Source: Octopus vulgaris
Lineage: Eukaryota
NCBI GenBank assembly: GCA_951406725.2
Contig: OX597832.1
Coordinates: forward strand, 12,710,001 to 12,774,000
Direction: 5' to 3'
Length of the DNA stretch: 64,000 bases
The notes beneath the pieces were generated by a model. The model ran no database searches, had not been told where the DNA came from, and saw nothing but the letters and a program-made list of their open reading frames with translations. Each line of letters begins with the position of its first letter. The first letter of the stretch is position 1. A program made the translations under genes and the position numbers. This document shows positions 40,950-56,399 of the stretch, piece by piece.

Positions 40950-41697
40950 TGTATGTATGTATGCATTTATATATTTAATGTATGTGTGTATTTATGTATA
41001 AGAATTATACAAATAGGATGGTAAGACAGCTATCGAAAGAAAGAAAATAGTATAAACTCTTGAAAGCTCTAAAGAACTATTTTACTGAACGAATTAACAA
41101 GTACACGGTAAACACGAAAAACGCATCAGCTTAACGACTCTTCACTAGACAGAGGATGTCTGTTGAAAGTTTATCCCTGTTTACAGAGGTGGATGGTGGA
41201 AAGAGCAGAATAAATAAAGCAAAATACAGAAATAAAAATACAAAACATACAAATAAGTAAACAGAAATCGAGCGGGGGGAGAGAGTGGGGGAGTGAGAGA
41301 GAATACCAGAGACAATAGCGAAGAATATATAATATATAAAAGGAAAAACAAAATCAATTTAGCTTTCTTCTGATTGAAAAAGTTAAAGCTAATATGTTTT
41401 GACATATACTGATTAAACATAATGGATTAATTAAAATTGTTCTGCTTTATTTAGTTCGATCTGACCTACTTCTTATTCATTATAGAATGTGGAGAGATTG
41501 CGTTATATACCAAGTGAGCACCGAGCGTATAAGCGATCGTTGTTGACGTTAATTTTGTACATAAAAGAGCTAGGAAATAAAGAAGACAAGCAAAGTATAC
41601 ACAAAGGCCCCGATAACCACAACAACACCAACAATAATAATGAGTGAAACTAAAAAAAAAACGGAATGAGATGAGGGGGAGGAAGAAGAAGAATGAC

Positions 41698-41753
<56 letters not shown>

Positions 41754-43997
41754 TAATAACAATAATAGAGAGACTATAGAGAGGAATAAGCGAGTACAAG
41801 GAGGAAATTGCACTTAACAATCTTTTATTGTTAATGTCGCAGAGAACAACTGATATTTATGTGTCTTGATCGTACATTGCGCAATAATTATATACACATG
41901 CAGAGAAGTAGACAAACTCACATACATACACACAAGTACACACACATACATTCATACAAACACACATATCCATATGTACATATGGATATGTATACACACT
42001 CATACACACTCATAAACTTTTGCATGCACACTGATAAACATGTATGTATGTAGGTAGGTACGTATATATATATACTTATACCATCATTATTATCATCAAC
42101 ACACTCTCCATCATGATCTGTGTAGATTACTAAACTTCTATATATCAGAGTTTAAGAACTAACGTCCAAGCAGTTTTCCAAAGCGTTCACGTCCCACATT
42201 GTTTTTTGCAATGTGTGCCCTATCACACTTTCGTTTTTCTATCATCTCGTGTTCTTGTGACGATTGCTACCGAATTACCCAGTCTGTGCTATATTCTGTT
42301 GTCCTATTTTTACTTTCCAATTTAATTAGGCCTTACCAAACCCATCTCTGGTCTCCTTACTATTTGACGGCAGATTACGTCTCAAACTCTTGTCTGTTAG
42401 GTGTTTGCTTGCCTTTTGGCCACTGGTCATTGTTCGTCAATATTTCCTGAAAAGCTGTTTTAGATACTCTTACTTATTCATGTTTGGGTGTAGGTTCTTC
42501 TATTTGTATGTATTCAACATATTTCAGCCGAATAGAACAAAACAGAATTTTCTTCTAAAAACATCTGGAAAGAAACTGTCTATTCCAAAATTACTTTAAA
42601 ATTTTTATGGCTTCACTTGATTTCTTTTCTTTGGGTACACGGAACGATACTGGTCCAATGTATATAAAATTATTAAAAAAAAAATGTTTTTAAGTTAAAA
42701 AAGCAAATAGTAATTATGAGTAAATTTAACAATATATTGTTTATATTGCTTCACACATCTGAGGTTTTCTAATATATTTACGAATAACACGGTATTAAAG
42801 ACGTGTCGAAATGCATTTTATGAAACTTTACATTTCATGAAAGAAAAAAAAAACTGCTTGAATTCGAAACGCGTTTGGCATTATCAAACACTTTTGCATA
42901 CTTTTACTAATCTAGAGCATGATACAGTAAACCAAATGGATGTTTACAGTTGCAATTCTTTTGATGATATACCTGCTCGATAAGGGCTTCCCTAGAAGTT
43001 AAACATCTACGTTAGAACATTTTAAATACAAGATTTATCAATAATTTGCTTTGTTAGGTACTTGCTCCAAATTATTCTTGAATGGGAACTTACAACAAAG
43101 GTAATCAGGCTCATTTGAAATCTCTCTCAAACTTTGCACACCGAGGATAAGAATATCAAATAGATATCCCTCTCCTTTCCACTCAGAGAAGAGTGTGTAA
43201 TTTCAAGAAGAATTGGTTGCTATTTCTAATCACTAGACCTTCCGCCTCTGATACCCTCTTTTGATAATACATCCTAAATGGAATAACGTTGATCTTTTTC
43301 TCCATTCTCATTAAATCTTTAAACTTCCTCATGGGCTGGTACATATTTGAATACTTTAAATTGAAACACTAAGTTTATTTTTGTTTGCCTTCTATATGAT
43401 GTCAATATGGATTTATTTATAATGCCGCAACGGTTTATCTTTAGGCAGAGCTGTTTAAATGTATAACCGAGTGTGTTCACTGAAATGGACCGATATTATT
43501 TTTATCGATTCCTGAGAGAATATAGCGGAATGCTGAACTCAGACTGATTTTTAAATCAGAATAAGATACGTTAATATATGCAAGAGCAGATCAGGAAACT
43601 GAGTTAAGTCTTGTCCTATGTGTTGCCAATAATATAGTATGTCAGTTCAGATAAGATGTAGAAGAAAACGGTATTGAAATCGATTGACAACACTGATCCA
43701 AGTTAATATACAAATGAAGCGTACGTACACAAACAGACATCCAAATGAGTATTTCTCTATCACTGTTAATGTGCAGGTTTTAGGTTTTCCCTTTCGTGTG
43801 TATGTGATTGAGTGTGTGTTTATAAACATGTGCATGAGTCTCCTCATTTAGAATCTAGAAATAACGAGACAGGGCAACAAGAAAATTGCAAACAAATGCA
43901 ATACCAAAAGCAGCACCGATACGGAATATATGAAGTGATTATCAAAGTAATATTGGGAATACGATGTGAAGGTTTATATGTATATATATATATATAT

Positions 43998-44079
43998 ACC
44001 ACCGCTGTTTAGCCCTAGGAAGCATCGACGCAAGGCCGACAGGAAGCGTCGATGCTTCCTAGGGCTAAACAGCGGTGGT
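43998..44079. repeat. Perfect 34-bp inverted repeat with a 14-nt loop
   Basis: accaccgctgtttagccctaggaagcatcgacgc / gcgtcgatgcttcctagggctaaacagcggtggt. Confidence 0.97.
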
Positions 44080-44181
44080 GTAATTCCCTTACACGACTGT
44101 CACGTTACGTTGACAGTATACAACCACTCTTTCGCTCCACCACCGTACATATCTCTATGAGATATTTAGAAATTCAATATT

Positions 44182-44746
<565 letters not shown>

Positions 44747-44905
44747 ATTAGTTCGGTGTGTGGTAGAGCAATTCTTTTTTGCTGAACCCTAATTATATAA
44801 AGTAATGTTTATATTTGCCGTAAATGGTCCTTTTACATACTGAACACCGGTTGGTAAAATTATTAATTACTAATTGATTAATTAATTTTACCCTTATTAC
44901 TATTG

Positions 44906-44951
<46 letters not shown>

Positions 44952-45560
44952 CATATGTCTTCACACACACTCACACAAACATATATAGGTGGCGTATAAC
45001 CCAAGCTGTGACCTTTTGAATCGCCTCTGCTTGTTGATGTATAACAATGAAGTATGTATTTGTTGTCGTTGTTGCATTGATGTGAGTTCCATATTGGAGA
45101 CGAAACTTCTAGAAAAGTTGCTTGCATAGCTATATAAAAGAAAGGAGGTTAGAACACTTTTTGGGGTCCTGTTTACAGATATTTCATTTGCTAATAGACA
45201 TCAATATGTTGCACATTTTTGAAAAAGAAAAAACGTAAGAATTTATATATTCTTCTGACAGAGAATCAAGTAGTTGTATTATTTGATTCTCATGGGAAAT
45301 TTCTCACGATTCCTATTAGCAAATGTAACATGAGAAATGGTGAATAAATTATACCGAAAGCATTTTCAAAACTCATATATACATATTAATCAATATCAGG
45401 GTCGCAAAAAATTCAAGAGAAATTTTTCGCCACCAGCGGTCCAGTGACAAAGAAAAAATAGTCAACAGACTATATAATATACATTCAACAATATTAAGGA
45501 ATGGTCTTGATAGGCCATTCGACCCACTAGCAAGAGCAGCTAAACTCAAACTTAATATTG

Positions 45561-45627
<67 letters not shown>

Positions 45628-46000
45628 CATATATTTATGTGTGTGTGCTTACTCTAGTATACGTACACATATGCATCTATATATACGCATATATATATTT
45701 ATATAATACACATATGCATATGTGTACGAAATTCATTTAATTTGAACGGAGTCATTGTCGTCATGACACAGTCAGACATAAACTGCAGGGCAATGAACTC
45801 TATGTAGCACTGTAATTAGTTACGTGAGTTTATTAGTATCTTATTTGTGATTAATTAGTATGAGTTAGAGGATATTACAAAAAAAATCACAATAGGCTCC
45901 TCTCCACGAAGTTAATTCCACAACAAATTCTCATATGCATTGAAACATACGGTGCTGAAAGGAACAGATATGTGTCTCCAACATTTCTTATGTATGTATG

Positions 46001-46065
<65 letters not shown>

Positions 46066-46520
46066 TACACACAGACGGGGAGAATCTTTTAAAAAATTAA
46101 TATGTGAGTGTGTGAGGGGTGTTAGCTTTTGTGACTAGCCAACCCTATCAACACACGTACAGAATAGTACATATATATATGTACACAGAGACGGAGAGAG
46201 AGAGAGAGAGAGAGAGAAATGTTTTGCTTGTATAAGTGTGCCTCTCTGAAATTAATTCTCCCTTTTATATATCATTTATGATCATGTATATATGCATGGA
46301 GTGCATCATCAGATAATGCATAATCATTGTATACCATACATCCGTATTCATTAAGCACCTAGCTTTCACGCACTCATACACACACGCGCACGTACAGTCA
46401 AATCGAAGGATACGTATACGCATATGTATATACATTGATAGTTAGATAGACATATAGATACATACAGATATATAGAGATATATGTATATATCATTATATA
46501 TATATATACACATATATATC

Positions 46521-46623
<103 letters not shown>

Positions 46624-46960
46624 TGCATGTATGTATATATGCCAGTGTAAGAGCAATACAGTTAATTGATATATCATTAGAACTCTTTAATAATATAATA
46701 GGCATTCGACGTTAGCATTTTATTTAGTCACTCGACCTGACCCCTCTCCATAAATATTCAGCCGTGTCCTTAAGTGAGAAATCAATATACATTCATTAAA
46801 TACCGTAATGCTACTATCACTTCTATAATTTCTATTTAACAATCTCTCCACCCTATTGCACCACACAATTCAAAATTTTCATTGTTGTTTAAATGTTAGG
46901 AAATTAATGTCTGCATTCAGAATATTGATTAAAATATTTAGAATTATGCGGTATATTTTA

Positions 46961-47078
<118 letters not shown>

Positions 47079-47226
47079 GTATATATATATATACGTATAT
47101 ATATATGGATATATATATATATATATATACATACATATACATATATAAGCATGCATGCATATACCAATATTTAAACGCATGTGTATATGTGCATAAATAT
47201 ATATGCATATGCATACATACATATAC

Positions 47227-47268
<42 letters not shown>

Positions 47269-47889
47269 TTGTACAGTTTTAGTAATTTATCATTGCTTCT
47301 ATTGAGTTACATTTATAACTTGCTGTACTTATCTTGTATATTAATTAATTAAATCTGCATAATGTATAATACCAATCATGTCCATCGTATCATACAGTCA
47401 TTTCTCACTCTATGTTTCAGAAGATCTATTTTGACCGTCTCACTGAGGTGACTTGGCATATTTAAAATAGCAAAAAATTATGTAAATCAATTGATATTTT
47501 TAGAATGTCCTCAGATATGCGATGTAACAATCACCTTAAAAATACATCTGTTCCATAGCGTGCTGTGAAGTTTGACTGTGCCGAAGGAATCACATCACTA
47601 ATCACATCACTAATCATAGCAAATGTAACTGAATATAACTTTACTGTGTCTCGTTTACACGTTTGAGTCTGCGGCCATTCTGAAGCACCGCTAAATTATA
47701 GGACGTAAACAAAATACGCGTTGTCAACTTATTGTGTGTGTGTGTGTGTGTGTGTTTGTGTTGAGAGGGTTGGCCAGTCACAAAAGCAAGCACACCTCTC
47801 ACACTCACATATTCATTTTTTTTTTTTAATTCTTCTTTAGTCTTTTACTGGTTTGAGCCAGAATCTGAGTTCATACTGGAATACCGCTT

Positions 47890-48200
47890 GTAATTGGTGT
47901 AGTTCTCAATGAAGTGGTGTCCTGGGCGTAGCTGTTCTTCTTTCTTTCCCCGGCAATGATGTTTCTTGATCTTGTATCTCAGATAAGTACCTGTCGAATC
48001 ATTCCTTGAAAGCCTCCACATCTAATTTCGTAGATCTCTGAAGATTTTTGATAGAATGTTATAAGTTTTTAGGCCCTTTGACCTTAAGGTATTACAATAC
48101 TGGGTCCTTATTCTTTATGCAAAAGATAGGATTTTCGTGCTATACTGTGCCGTTCAGTTCAGTTTTTGGCGTAGAGTTCAGTTCCAAGTTCGGCTCCTAT
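47890..48200 (-). mobile_element. CR1-like LINE ORF2 C-terminal fragment
   Basis: KGP.LYNIL...DVEAFK..DRYLSEIQDQ resembles the GPxLFNxLP...FKxxLDxYLxxVPDEP terminus. Confidence 0.7.
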
Positions 48201-48658
48201 TCATTCCAGGACCTACCATAAGTATCTCAGTGCATATCTTGTCTATGGAGAGTAGGTCCTCGGTTTCTGTAACCTCTCCTTGTAGCACTTTGTTGCACCA
48301 AACGAGTCACGTATCTTTATGTAATGGCGAAGCATTGCTTCGAGTACCACTGTTACTTTTACGCTATGCGGATACCACAGTTGGGGTAGTAGCCCTAGCG
48401 TCTGTGAATGAATGGTCTCCATAGAAACAGCATGTTATTTTTTTTTTAGTCTGAATTATCTCAGAATTTAATAAGCCACTAACCTGCACATTGTTGCCAT
48501 CTCGGTAATATTTACATCGAACGTTGCATCACTACTCATGTGGATTTACAAGCACAGACTCTGACTTTGCGATTGCACTATCAAGTAGTTTCCAAATGCA
48601 CACTCAATAAATTGGTCGACTCGGGGCTATAGTAGGAATCATTTGCTCAATGTACACT

Positions 48659-48790
48659 ATTTACATTCGATGGATATTTGTCCTCATCTTGTTTGTTGTT
48701 AACACGTTTCGGCTGATATACCCTCCAGCCTTCTTCAGGTGTCTTGGGAAATTTTCGAACATGGGTTCTTATTCCTAAGGTATTTTCCGA

Positions 48791-48821
<31 letters not shown>

Positions 48822-49004
48822 ATTAATATTACTGTTCAGGTCACAGCTTCAGGTTAGTAGCCTGCGCTCTTAAACAGTGGTTAAGAGCGCGAGCTACTAA
48901 CCCCAAGATTCCGAGTTCGATTCCAAGCAGTGACCTGTACAGTAACAACAACAAAAACAGCAACAACAACAGCAACAATAACAATGATAATAATAATAGT
49001 AATA

Positions 49005-49058
<54 letters not shown>

Positions 49059-49235
49059 TCGAAAATACTTTAGGAATGAGAACCCAGTTTCGAAATTTTC
49101 CCAAGACACCAGAAGAAGGCTGGAAGGTATATCGGTGAAAACGTGTTAACAACAAACAAGATGAGGACTAATATCTGTAGAATGTAAATAATATAAATAA
49201 TGTACATAATTCATCATCCCTTAAATATAGAACTG
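48659..49235. mobile_element. Head-to-head palindromic pair of a tRNA-headed SINE with a Penelope-type hammerhead tail
   Basis: Inverted arms about 48659-48873 and 48881-49189; tRNA head cagtggttaagagcgc...gagttcgattcc; CTGAAGA-A-GGCTG..CAGCC-GAAAC on the minus strand at 48701-48743. Confidence 0.85.
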
Positions 49236-50198
49236 TAGTTTTTCAATGTGCTGTGCAGTGTGACTGAACTAACCCAGAAAGCATTTAGCTGCAATTCGAG
49301 CTTAGTAACAGCACGGCTATGCCAGCGCCTGTCATTTCAGGTATAGCTTCTGAGAGCTTTAATGTTGTTGTTGCTTGCTTCTCGCTCGATCAATGAAACA
49401 CTGTGTAGAATTGACTTTCCAACTCAGCAGTATAATTGACTTCTGTTGTGTCAAAGAAATTCAACGGTGATGACCACCATCAATAATTAGTGTAATCTTA
49501 TGAAAAATACGAATGGAAATCAACGAAACGGTACATGCTATAAAACAAATTCAAGTTTGCTGGCGTTTGTAGCTATGATTTAAACATTAGTCTTCCATGA
49601 CTAAGCGTAAACAAGCTGGCGTTGGGGAGAGGATGTTCTCATTAAATCTGTAACCTGAAAATGTGCAAGTATTAGATACTAGTTAATGTCTAGCCATATG
49701 TTTGAAAGTCACTGTTCTGTGTAGAAAATAGTGATATAAAAACAATTACATTTCGTTTCACTGACAAAGCGGAAATGCAAAGAAAAAAAATATATTGTCG
49801 TTATTCAAATCAGCTGAAATTATGTCACCTTATAAAATGTGAAACCCCGTGAGCAGTCAATGTGAATCTCTAGTTGTTATTATAACTACTTGTTCTGCTT
49901 GTTTTTGTCTGTGGTCTCAACCTTGCAGCGCAGTCTTCCTCATTCATTCTTCCGTTCTTCTCTGTCGGACATACTCTCGGTCTTTCTGTTAGTCTGCTGT
50001 CTGCCTCTCTATCATTTATTTCATGTTTGTGGATGAGGGAGGGTGTACGCGGGCGTGCAAAGCATACATAGATGTATACTTACATCACCGTCACCACTTT
50101 CTACAGCAAGGAATCTAGCTAACAACAGGAGAATGTCATTGCAAATCCAAACGGGTAAGACATTGAAATATTGAGTAGTACATAAATGCATAACGCAA

Positions 50199-50235
<37 letters not shown>

Positions 50236-50423
50236 ATTTAAAGAACAAAAATAAAGACTAGATTGTATTTCAATATGAAGAATAAATAGGATGACATTTC
50301 TACAGTTTGAAATGTGCAACGTTTTAAATTTAAATTTAATAAGGTTTCAAAATAGTTTCATCGTCAAGTGAATTGCAAGAGATAAATTATTAATGCTATG
50401 TCACGTCACAAAATATACATAAT

Positions 50424-50639
50424 TATTTCTACTCTATGCACAAGTCCTTGAAAATTTAGGGGGAAGGGAGATAGTCGATTACATCGACCCCAGTGCGTAA
50501 CTGGTATTTATTTCATTAACCCGAAAAGATGAAAGGCAATGTCGACGTCGGTGCAATTTGAACTAAGAACATGGCAGCAGATGAAATACTGCTAGGCATT
50601 AACGCCTGGCATGCTAACGATTCAGCCAGCTCGCCCTTT
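50424..50639 (-). mobile_element. SINE family B (plus-strand fragment nearby at 50860-50965)
   Basis: Reverse-complement match; TSD acaaaatata(c/t)ataat. Confidence 0.88.
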
Positions 50640-51292
50640 ACAAAATATATATAATGATACCATAGCGTTTTGATGGAGCTATTTATAGTGGATTGCTATC
50701 AAGTTCCAAGGAATTTCATTAAACATGCATTAAATTAATTTGTAATATACTTCAATTCATTACAAACTGTTTTAAGTGAGTGAGGTAATGTTGTTAACCA
50801 GCATTACTCCACTCATTTAAATGACAATATATTGAGTGCGTATATAATATTTTTAAACGATTCCACCGAGGTCAATAAATTAAGTACCAGTTGTGTACTG
50901 GAGTAGATCTAATTGACTGGCGCCCTCCTGCAAAATTTCGGGCCTTGGGCTTATAGTAGAAAAGAATATTTTTCAGCGATTAGAAGAACACATCTTAATT
51001 GCTGATAAATACATACTGCATGATTATAGGTTAGATTTTTACACTATACAATCTGTATGTAACTCTTAATACATCTCAGTATGTGTGCATATATATATGT
51101 GTATGTGTGTGTGTATATGTGTGTATATAAAGCGTATGCATATATACAGACACCACATATACATATATAAGCTGAAATAATGAAGTCAAGCCAAATACTG
51201 TTATTTTGAAACAATTTAATACGTACGTTTCAGTTTTGCGCAGCATGATAAGAAAATGCTCTCATTACAACTTTCATCAGTTAAAGCATTTA

Positions 51293-51330
<38 letters not shown>

Positions 51331-51686
51331 TACTCTTTTACTTGTTCCTGTCATTTTGACTGCGGCTATGCTGGAGCCCCGCCTTTAGTCGAACAAATCG
51401 ACACCAGGATTTATTCTATCTGGTTCTGTTACCGAACTGCTAAGTAGCGGGGACGTAAACACACCATCATCAGCTGTCAAGCGATCCTGGGGGACAAACA
51501 CAGACACATATACATACATATATACGACGGGCTTCATTCAGTTTCCGTCTACCAAATCCACCTACAAGGCTTTGGTCGGCCCGAGGCTATAGTAGAAGAC
51601 ACTTGCCGAAGTTGCCACGCAGTGGGAATGAACCCGGGACAATGTGGTTGGTAAGCAAGCTACATACCACACAACCACTCTGCGCC
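51331..51686 (-). mobile_element. SINE family A
   Basis: Reverse complement of family A. Confidence 0.92.
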
Positions 51687-52021
51687 TTATATATATATAC
51701 ATACACACAAACTATGCCCTTTGTTAGATAGGTATATGAATGCTAAACCTTGAATGTAATCACGTTATAATTTGATTGGGAATATTAATTTCATGAGGTC
51801 TTTCTTTGTTTTTAACGAAGAAAATTACATCTATTTTAAAACACTCTTACATGCTATGAATCTCCTGAGAGGCAAGAATATCGAAATGCCAGTTATTTCA
51901 TAGATTTAGAAAGCTTTTGAAATCATAGCATACCATAATTACATGCCTTCGTGTTTCAGAAATAATCTGCTGAGTTATGCTATTTCTGAGATACTCGAAA
52001 ATAAGTGACGATAGCATAACC

Positions 52022-52047
52022 GCTGTTGCTGTTGTTGCTGCTGGTGG

Positions 52048-52085
<38 letters not shown>

Positions 52086-52113
52086 ATAATAATAATACTG
52101 CTGCTACTGCTAG

Positions 52114-52176
<63 letters not shown>

Positions 52177-52353
52177 TACTAATATTACCACTACCACCAA
52201 CATCAACAAGGCCAACACCACTACTACTAATACTACAAATACTACTACTACTACTACGACTTCGACTACTACCACTACTACCAGCAACAACACCATCACC
52301 ACCGCTACCAACACTACTACCACCACCACCAGCACACCACCAAAACCACCACC

Positions 52354-52410
<57 letters not shown>

Positions 52411-52420
52411 ACTACTACTA

Positions 52421-52458
<38 letters not shown>

Positions 52459-52800
52459 ACTACTACTACTACTACTACTGCTACGGCTACTTCTACTACA
52501 ACTACTACTACAATTATTACTACTTCTACTACTACTACTACTACTACTACCACCAATACTACTAAAATTACTAAGTATATTATAAACACCATCACCACCA
52601 AAGGCAGCACTACTTGTGCAGCTATAGAGATATCTCAGTTATTCTTAGAGTTTGAAAGATTTCTTACTACTATCAAAATTATACTTCACCATTCTCCTAC
52701 TCTTATATTTACTACTATAACTATACTGGGCACTGCTGCTGCTGCTGCTGCTGCTGCTGTTGTTGTTGTTGTTGATGATGTTGCTGATGCTAGTAATTCT
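52022..52800. repeat. Compound trinucleotide repeat (ACT/ACC/CTG/GTT)
   Basis: Direct; includes a repeated (CTA)n(CTG)n block. Confidence 0.95.
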
Positions 52801-53302
52801 TTGGTTTCTGTTTGTTGCTGCCATTGCTAAAGTTGCATTGCTTTCTGCGAATCTATAGAAATAATCGTTACAACACATTGATTCAACTTTTCCCAATTGC
52901 AGAAAGAAATCACATCAACAGAATTGTAATTACGTGCAATTGAAGTCAAAAGGGTAATGTTAGTAAAAGAAAACCAAAAAAGAAAAGAAAAGAAAAACAA
53001 CAAAAGTAATACAATATAATAAATTTTAAAAAAAAAAAAAAGAAAGAAATATATGCCGAAGAAAATAAAAGAAAAAAAAAGAAAGAAGAAAACATCGCGA
53101 GCAAAAATACGTGAAGGAGGGCGTGAAAAGGGAAGAATAGTTAATATCAAAAGATGGAGATAGAACGAGAGGGAGAGGGTAATACTGAAGGAAAAAGAGA
53201 ATTAGAGAATGGTATTCGAGGAGAGGAATATTGAACATGGTATCTTGCAAAATGAGAGAGGGAATTATGAGTCTAATATTATTGATACACATACGCAAAT
53301 AA

Positions 53303-53451
<149 letters not shown>

Positions 53452-53471
53452 TGTATATATATATGTATATT

Positions 53472-53503
<32 letters not shown>

Positions 53504-56036
53504 TGTATAAATATATAAGATGAGGGGAGAGAAGGCACGTGAAAGTGAGATAGAGAAAGCATAGAGAAAACCTCTTAAGATTGGTGAATGTTTAGACAGA
53601 TTAACAAATTTAATTGAAGGAAACACAGATATTATATTCGAAAAGAAAGTGGAAACGAGAGCTAGCAGGATAAGATCAATAATATATAAGGCTATATTGA
53701 CGTAAATAAGAATAGAAAAGAGAGGGCGAATGATGACACGAAGGTAGGAGCAGCATTGAAATGATATAGCATGAATAAAACTAAAATATCGTTATAGATA
53801 TATGGCTGTATAGATAGAATGGAAATGAAACGTATAACTGATAGAATTGGTTTTTCTCAGAAATAGAAAATGAACAAATTTATTTTCAAATGAAAACATG
53901 TCACAATAGTTTTACTAGAAATCCATTAAAATTTTATCGTAAATAACATATATGTCACACATAAAATTCGATCCAATGTTTATTTATAGAAATACGAAAT
54001 ATTTTCAAATTACCCCATATAAGATATTCTGGCTTATTCAAACTCTTTTCAGCGCTTTTGAATAACAAGTCACAGCTATATCTCGTTTTTGTATTTCGTT
54101 TCTACACAGTTATATATGTAGTATACTTATTGAAACTTTAGTATAGCAGGAGTACAGTAGTGAGCATGATATTCAATTGATTTAATGGCAATTTATTAAA
54201 ACTTCTTCAGCAAGTAATATTTTAAAGATTACAATTTAATTATCTAGATAAAATTATTTTCAAACGGAGAAAGAATCAATATATTACCGAAACGTTTGAA
54301 TTGATTCAAATCCTAATATCAAAGTCAATTTATATTCTTTTGATATTTCTTTTGCATTAGTTAGCTACTTCTGAAAAAAAAATATTGAGCAACTACAAAT
54401 AATATTTGTAATGCGTAGCAAGGTTAAAACTCTTTAAAAGATTGTTTGTTTTAAGCATTTCCGTAAAGAAATGAAGAATAATGAAGCAAATAGTGAGTTG
54501 ATTTCCAACTTGACTGAAAACCTATTTAACTTTATCAGTTTAATTATGAAATACAGAAATATAATTTTACTCGAAAACATATTATAAACTACTTAAAGAA
54601 ATTAATGTATTTCATTTAATCTTGCAACTTTGAATACTTATGCAATTTCATGACTTCTAATATATGAGAAATATTCAATAAATATTTGCAAAATGGCTAT
54701 CGATATGAATTTGTTTTACACTAGACGCTGATTTAACCATCTAACAATCCATTGCAGCGCTTTCAGAACACGCTCACTCACACGCACAAAAGCATACAAC
54801 CTACGCCTGTACATGTATGTATACACACTACACGCTGTCTAATTCAATAGATGGCTATGAAATAATCTAACCTAGGTTTCATGCAACAGATTATTGGAGC
54901 CAAAAGGAAATTATTCTAGATATCAAATGTAAATTTTCATTGAATCGTATTTTAACCTGCTTGGGTTTGAAATTCTATGAAGATATATTGTCTATAGAGA
55001 AATCTTCAGAATAACATGATACTTCCTTTGGAATATTAGTTGTTAATATATTAGGCATGAAACTTTTGCACAATGCTTAACTTGAATCTATAGATAAGTT
55101 GTTTACTGATTATACACAACTTCCTTGTGGTACAGTGGATTCCTTTACTTTTGAGTTCCTTGTCTATCTCGATAAAGATTCTACATTGATTATATATCTG
55201 GTTCTAAATACATTTAAGTGCTGTTTGCACTGAATTCCTATAGAATTCATTGTAAATCATCTGTATGCCATTTCAATACTGCCTCTTGTTGTTACTGTGG
55301 TTTTCTGCACAAGGGACTTCAGAACGCATTTTCGAAAAGTCTGTATGTTATTGTATTGGTACAGTTGCATTCAGTCCGTTCAGGTCTTGTTTGGTGCTCC
55401 AAGCATCTATTGCTTAAAATGTAGATGAGTGCATTGCGCAAGTTTGCATTGCATAACACCTAGATGTGTGTATGTTTATACATGAGCGAATGTGCATGTG
55501 TGTTTGATAAATGAATGTTCTAGATTGAAGTTATATGATTGCACAGAGTGAAACAAATCCATGCCAATAGTCATTTCACAAATATTTCATGTTATTTCTA
55601 TACCAGTTTTGAAACGAAACTGGATTTAGCATTGATTTGTTTCACCTTTGTGATAACTGTTTCATAGGAATATTCTTTAGTTTATATGAAATATATATAA
55701 TCTAGGGAGCAGTGTTATAGATTGTCTTTTGTCATATAAGTTTTAACTTGTGTGTGTATGTATGTGTGTGGCGGGTTTACTATACACGTTTTTCCATTGA
55801 ATATACTTAATCATTGTTACTGAAATGTTGTACTAAAGACATTTTTTCAATAAAATACGTGGTTATTTGAGGTTTTCGTTATTATATAACTTGTATTTAA
55901 GTTTTTAATTATTTATGGTTGTGGCAAGGTTGAGAATGGTTCAATCCTAGCTCAATGTTTATCAAACAACGTTGATGAAAATTTGGTAATCTGAAACTGT
56001 ATTTGTATTGTAGAAAATATACAGTACTAAATATTT

Positions 56037-56290
56037 TCACCCCTATAGAGCATAGACCATCAACGGTTCCTCCCCACAGTTCTCGACTCTGGGTTGTCTT
56101 TTTCTGCTTCTCTCCAATCTGATCCCTACCTCTCCCTTGTGGCATCCTTCCAGATTTTAATACACCACTTCATATACCTCCTTTAGGGAAGGCCTTCTCC
56201 CATTTTTTCAATTTTTATACATTCATCTGTAACTTTTTTCTAGGAAGGGCCATTTGCCATATGTAAACCCATTTTCACTGCTGGTAAGAT
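56037..56290 (-). mobile_element. RTE-like LINE C-terminal fragment
   Basis: PQGRGR...TQSRELWGGTVDGLCSIG matches the RTE terminus pattern AQDRxxWRxxVxGLCS. Confidence 0.7.
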
Positions 56291-56399
56291 GCTGTCCATA
56301 TTAGCAAGTCCGACATAGGAGGTGCTGTTAGGTGCCTGCACTAAGCTGCCATAACTCTCAGAGTCCTTAAGGCACACAAGCTACCATGCAGCAAAAATT

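Noticed and set aside
48875-48935. tRNA gene (also the heads at 17251, 6120-6190 and 34409)
   Set aside because: SINE heads without a complete cloverleaf or acceptor stem.
51898-52610. Mucin-like poly-T, poly-V and poly-L ORFs
   Set aside because: Triplet repeats open in several frames on both strands; no splice or domain support.
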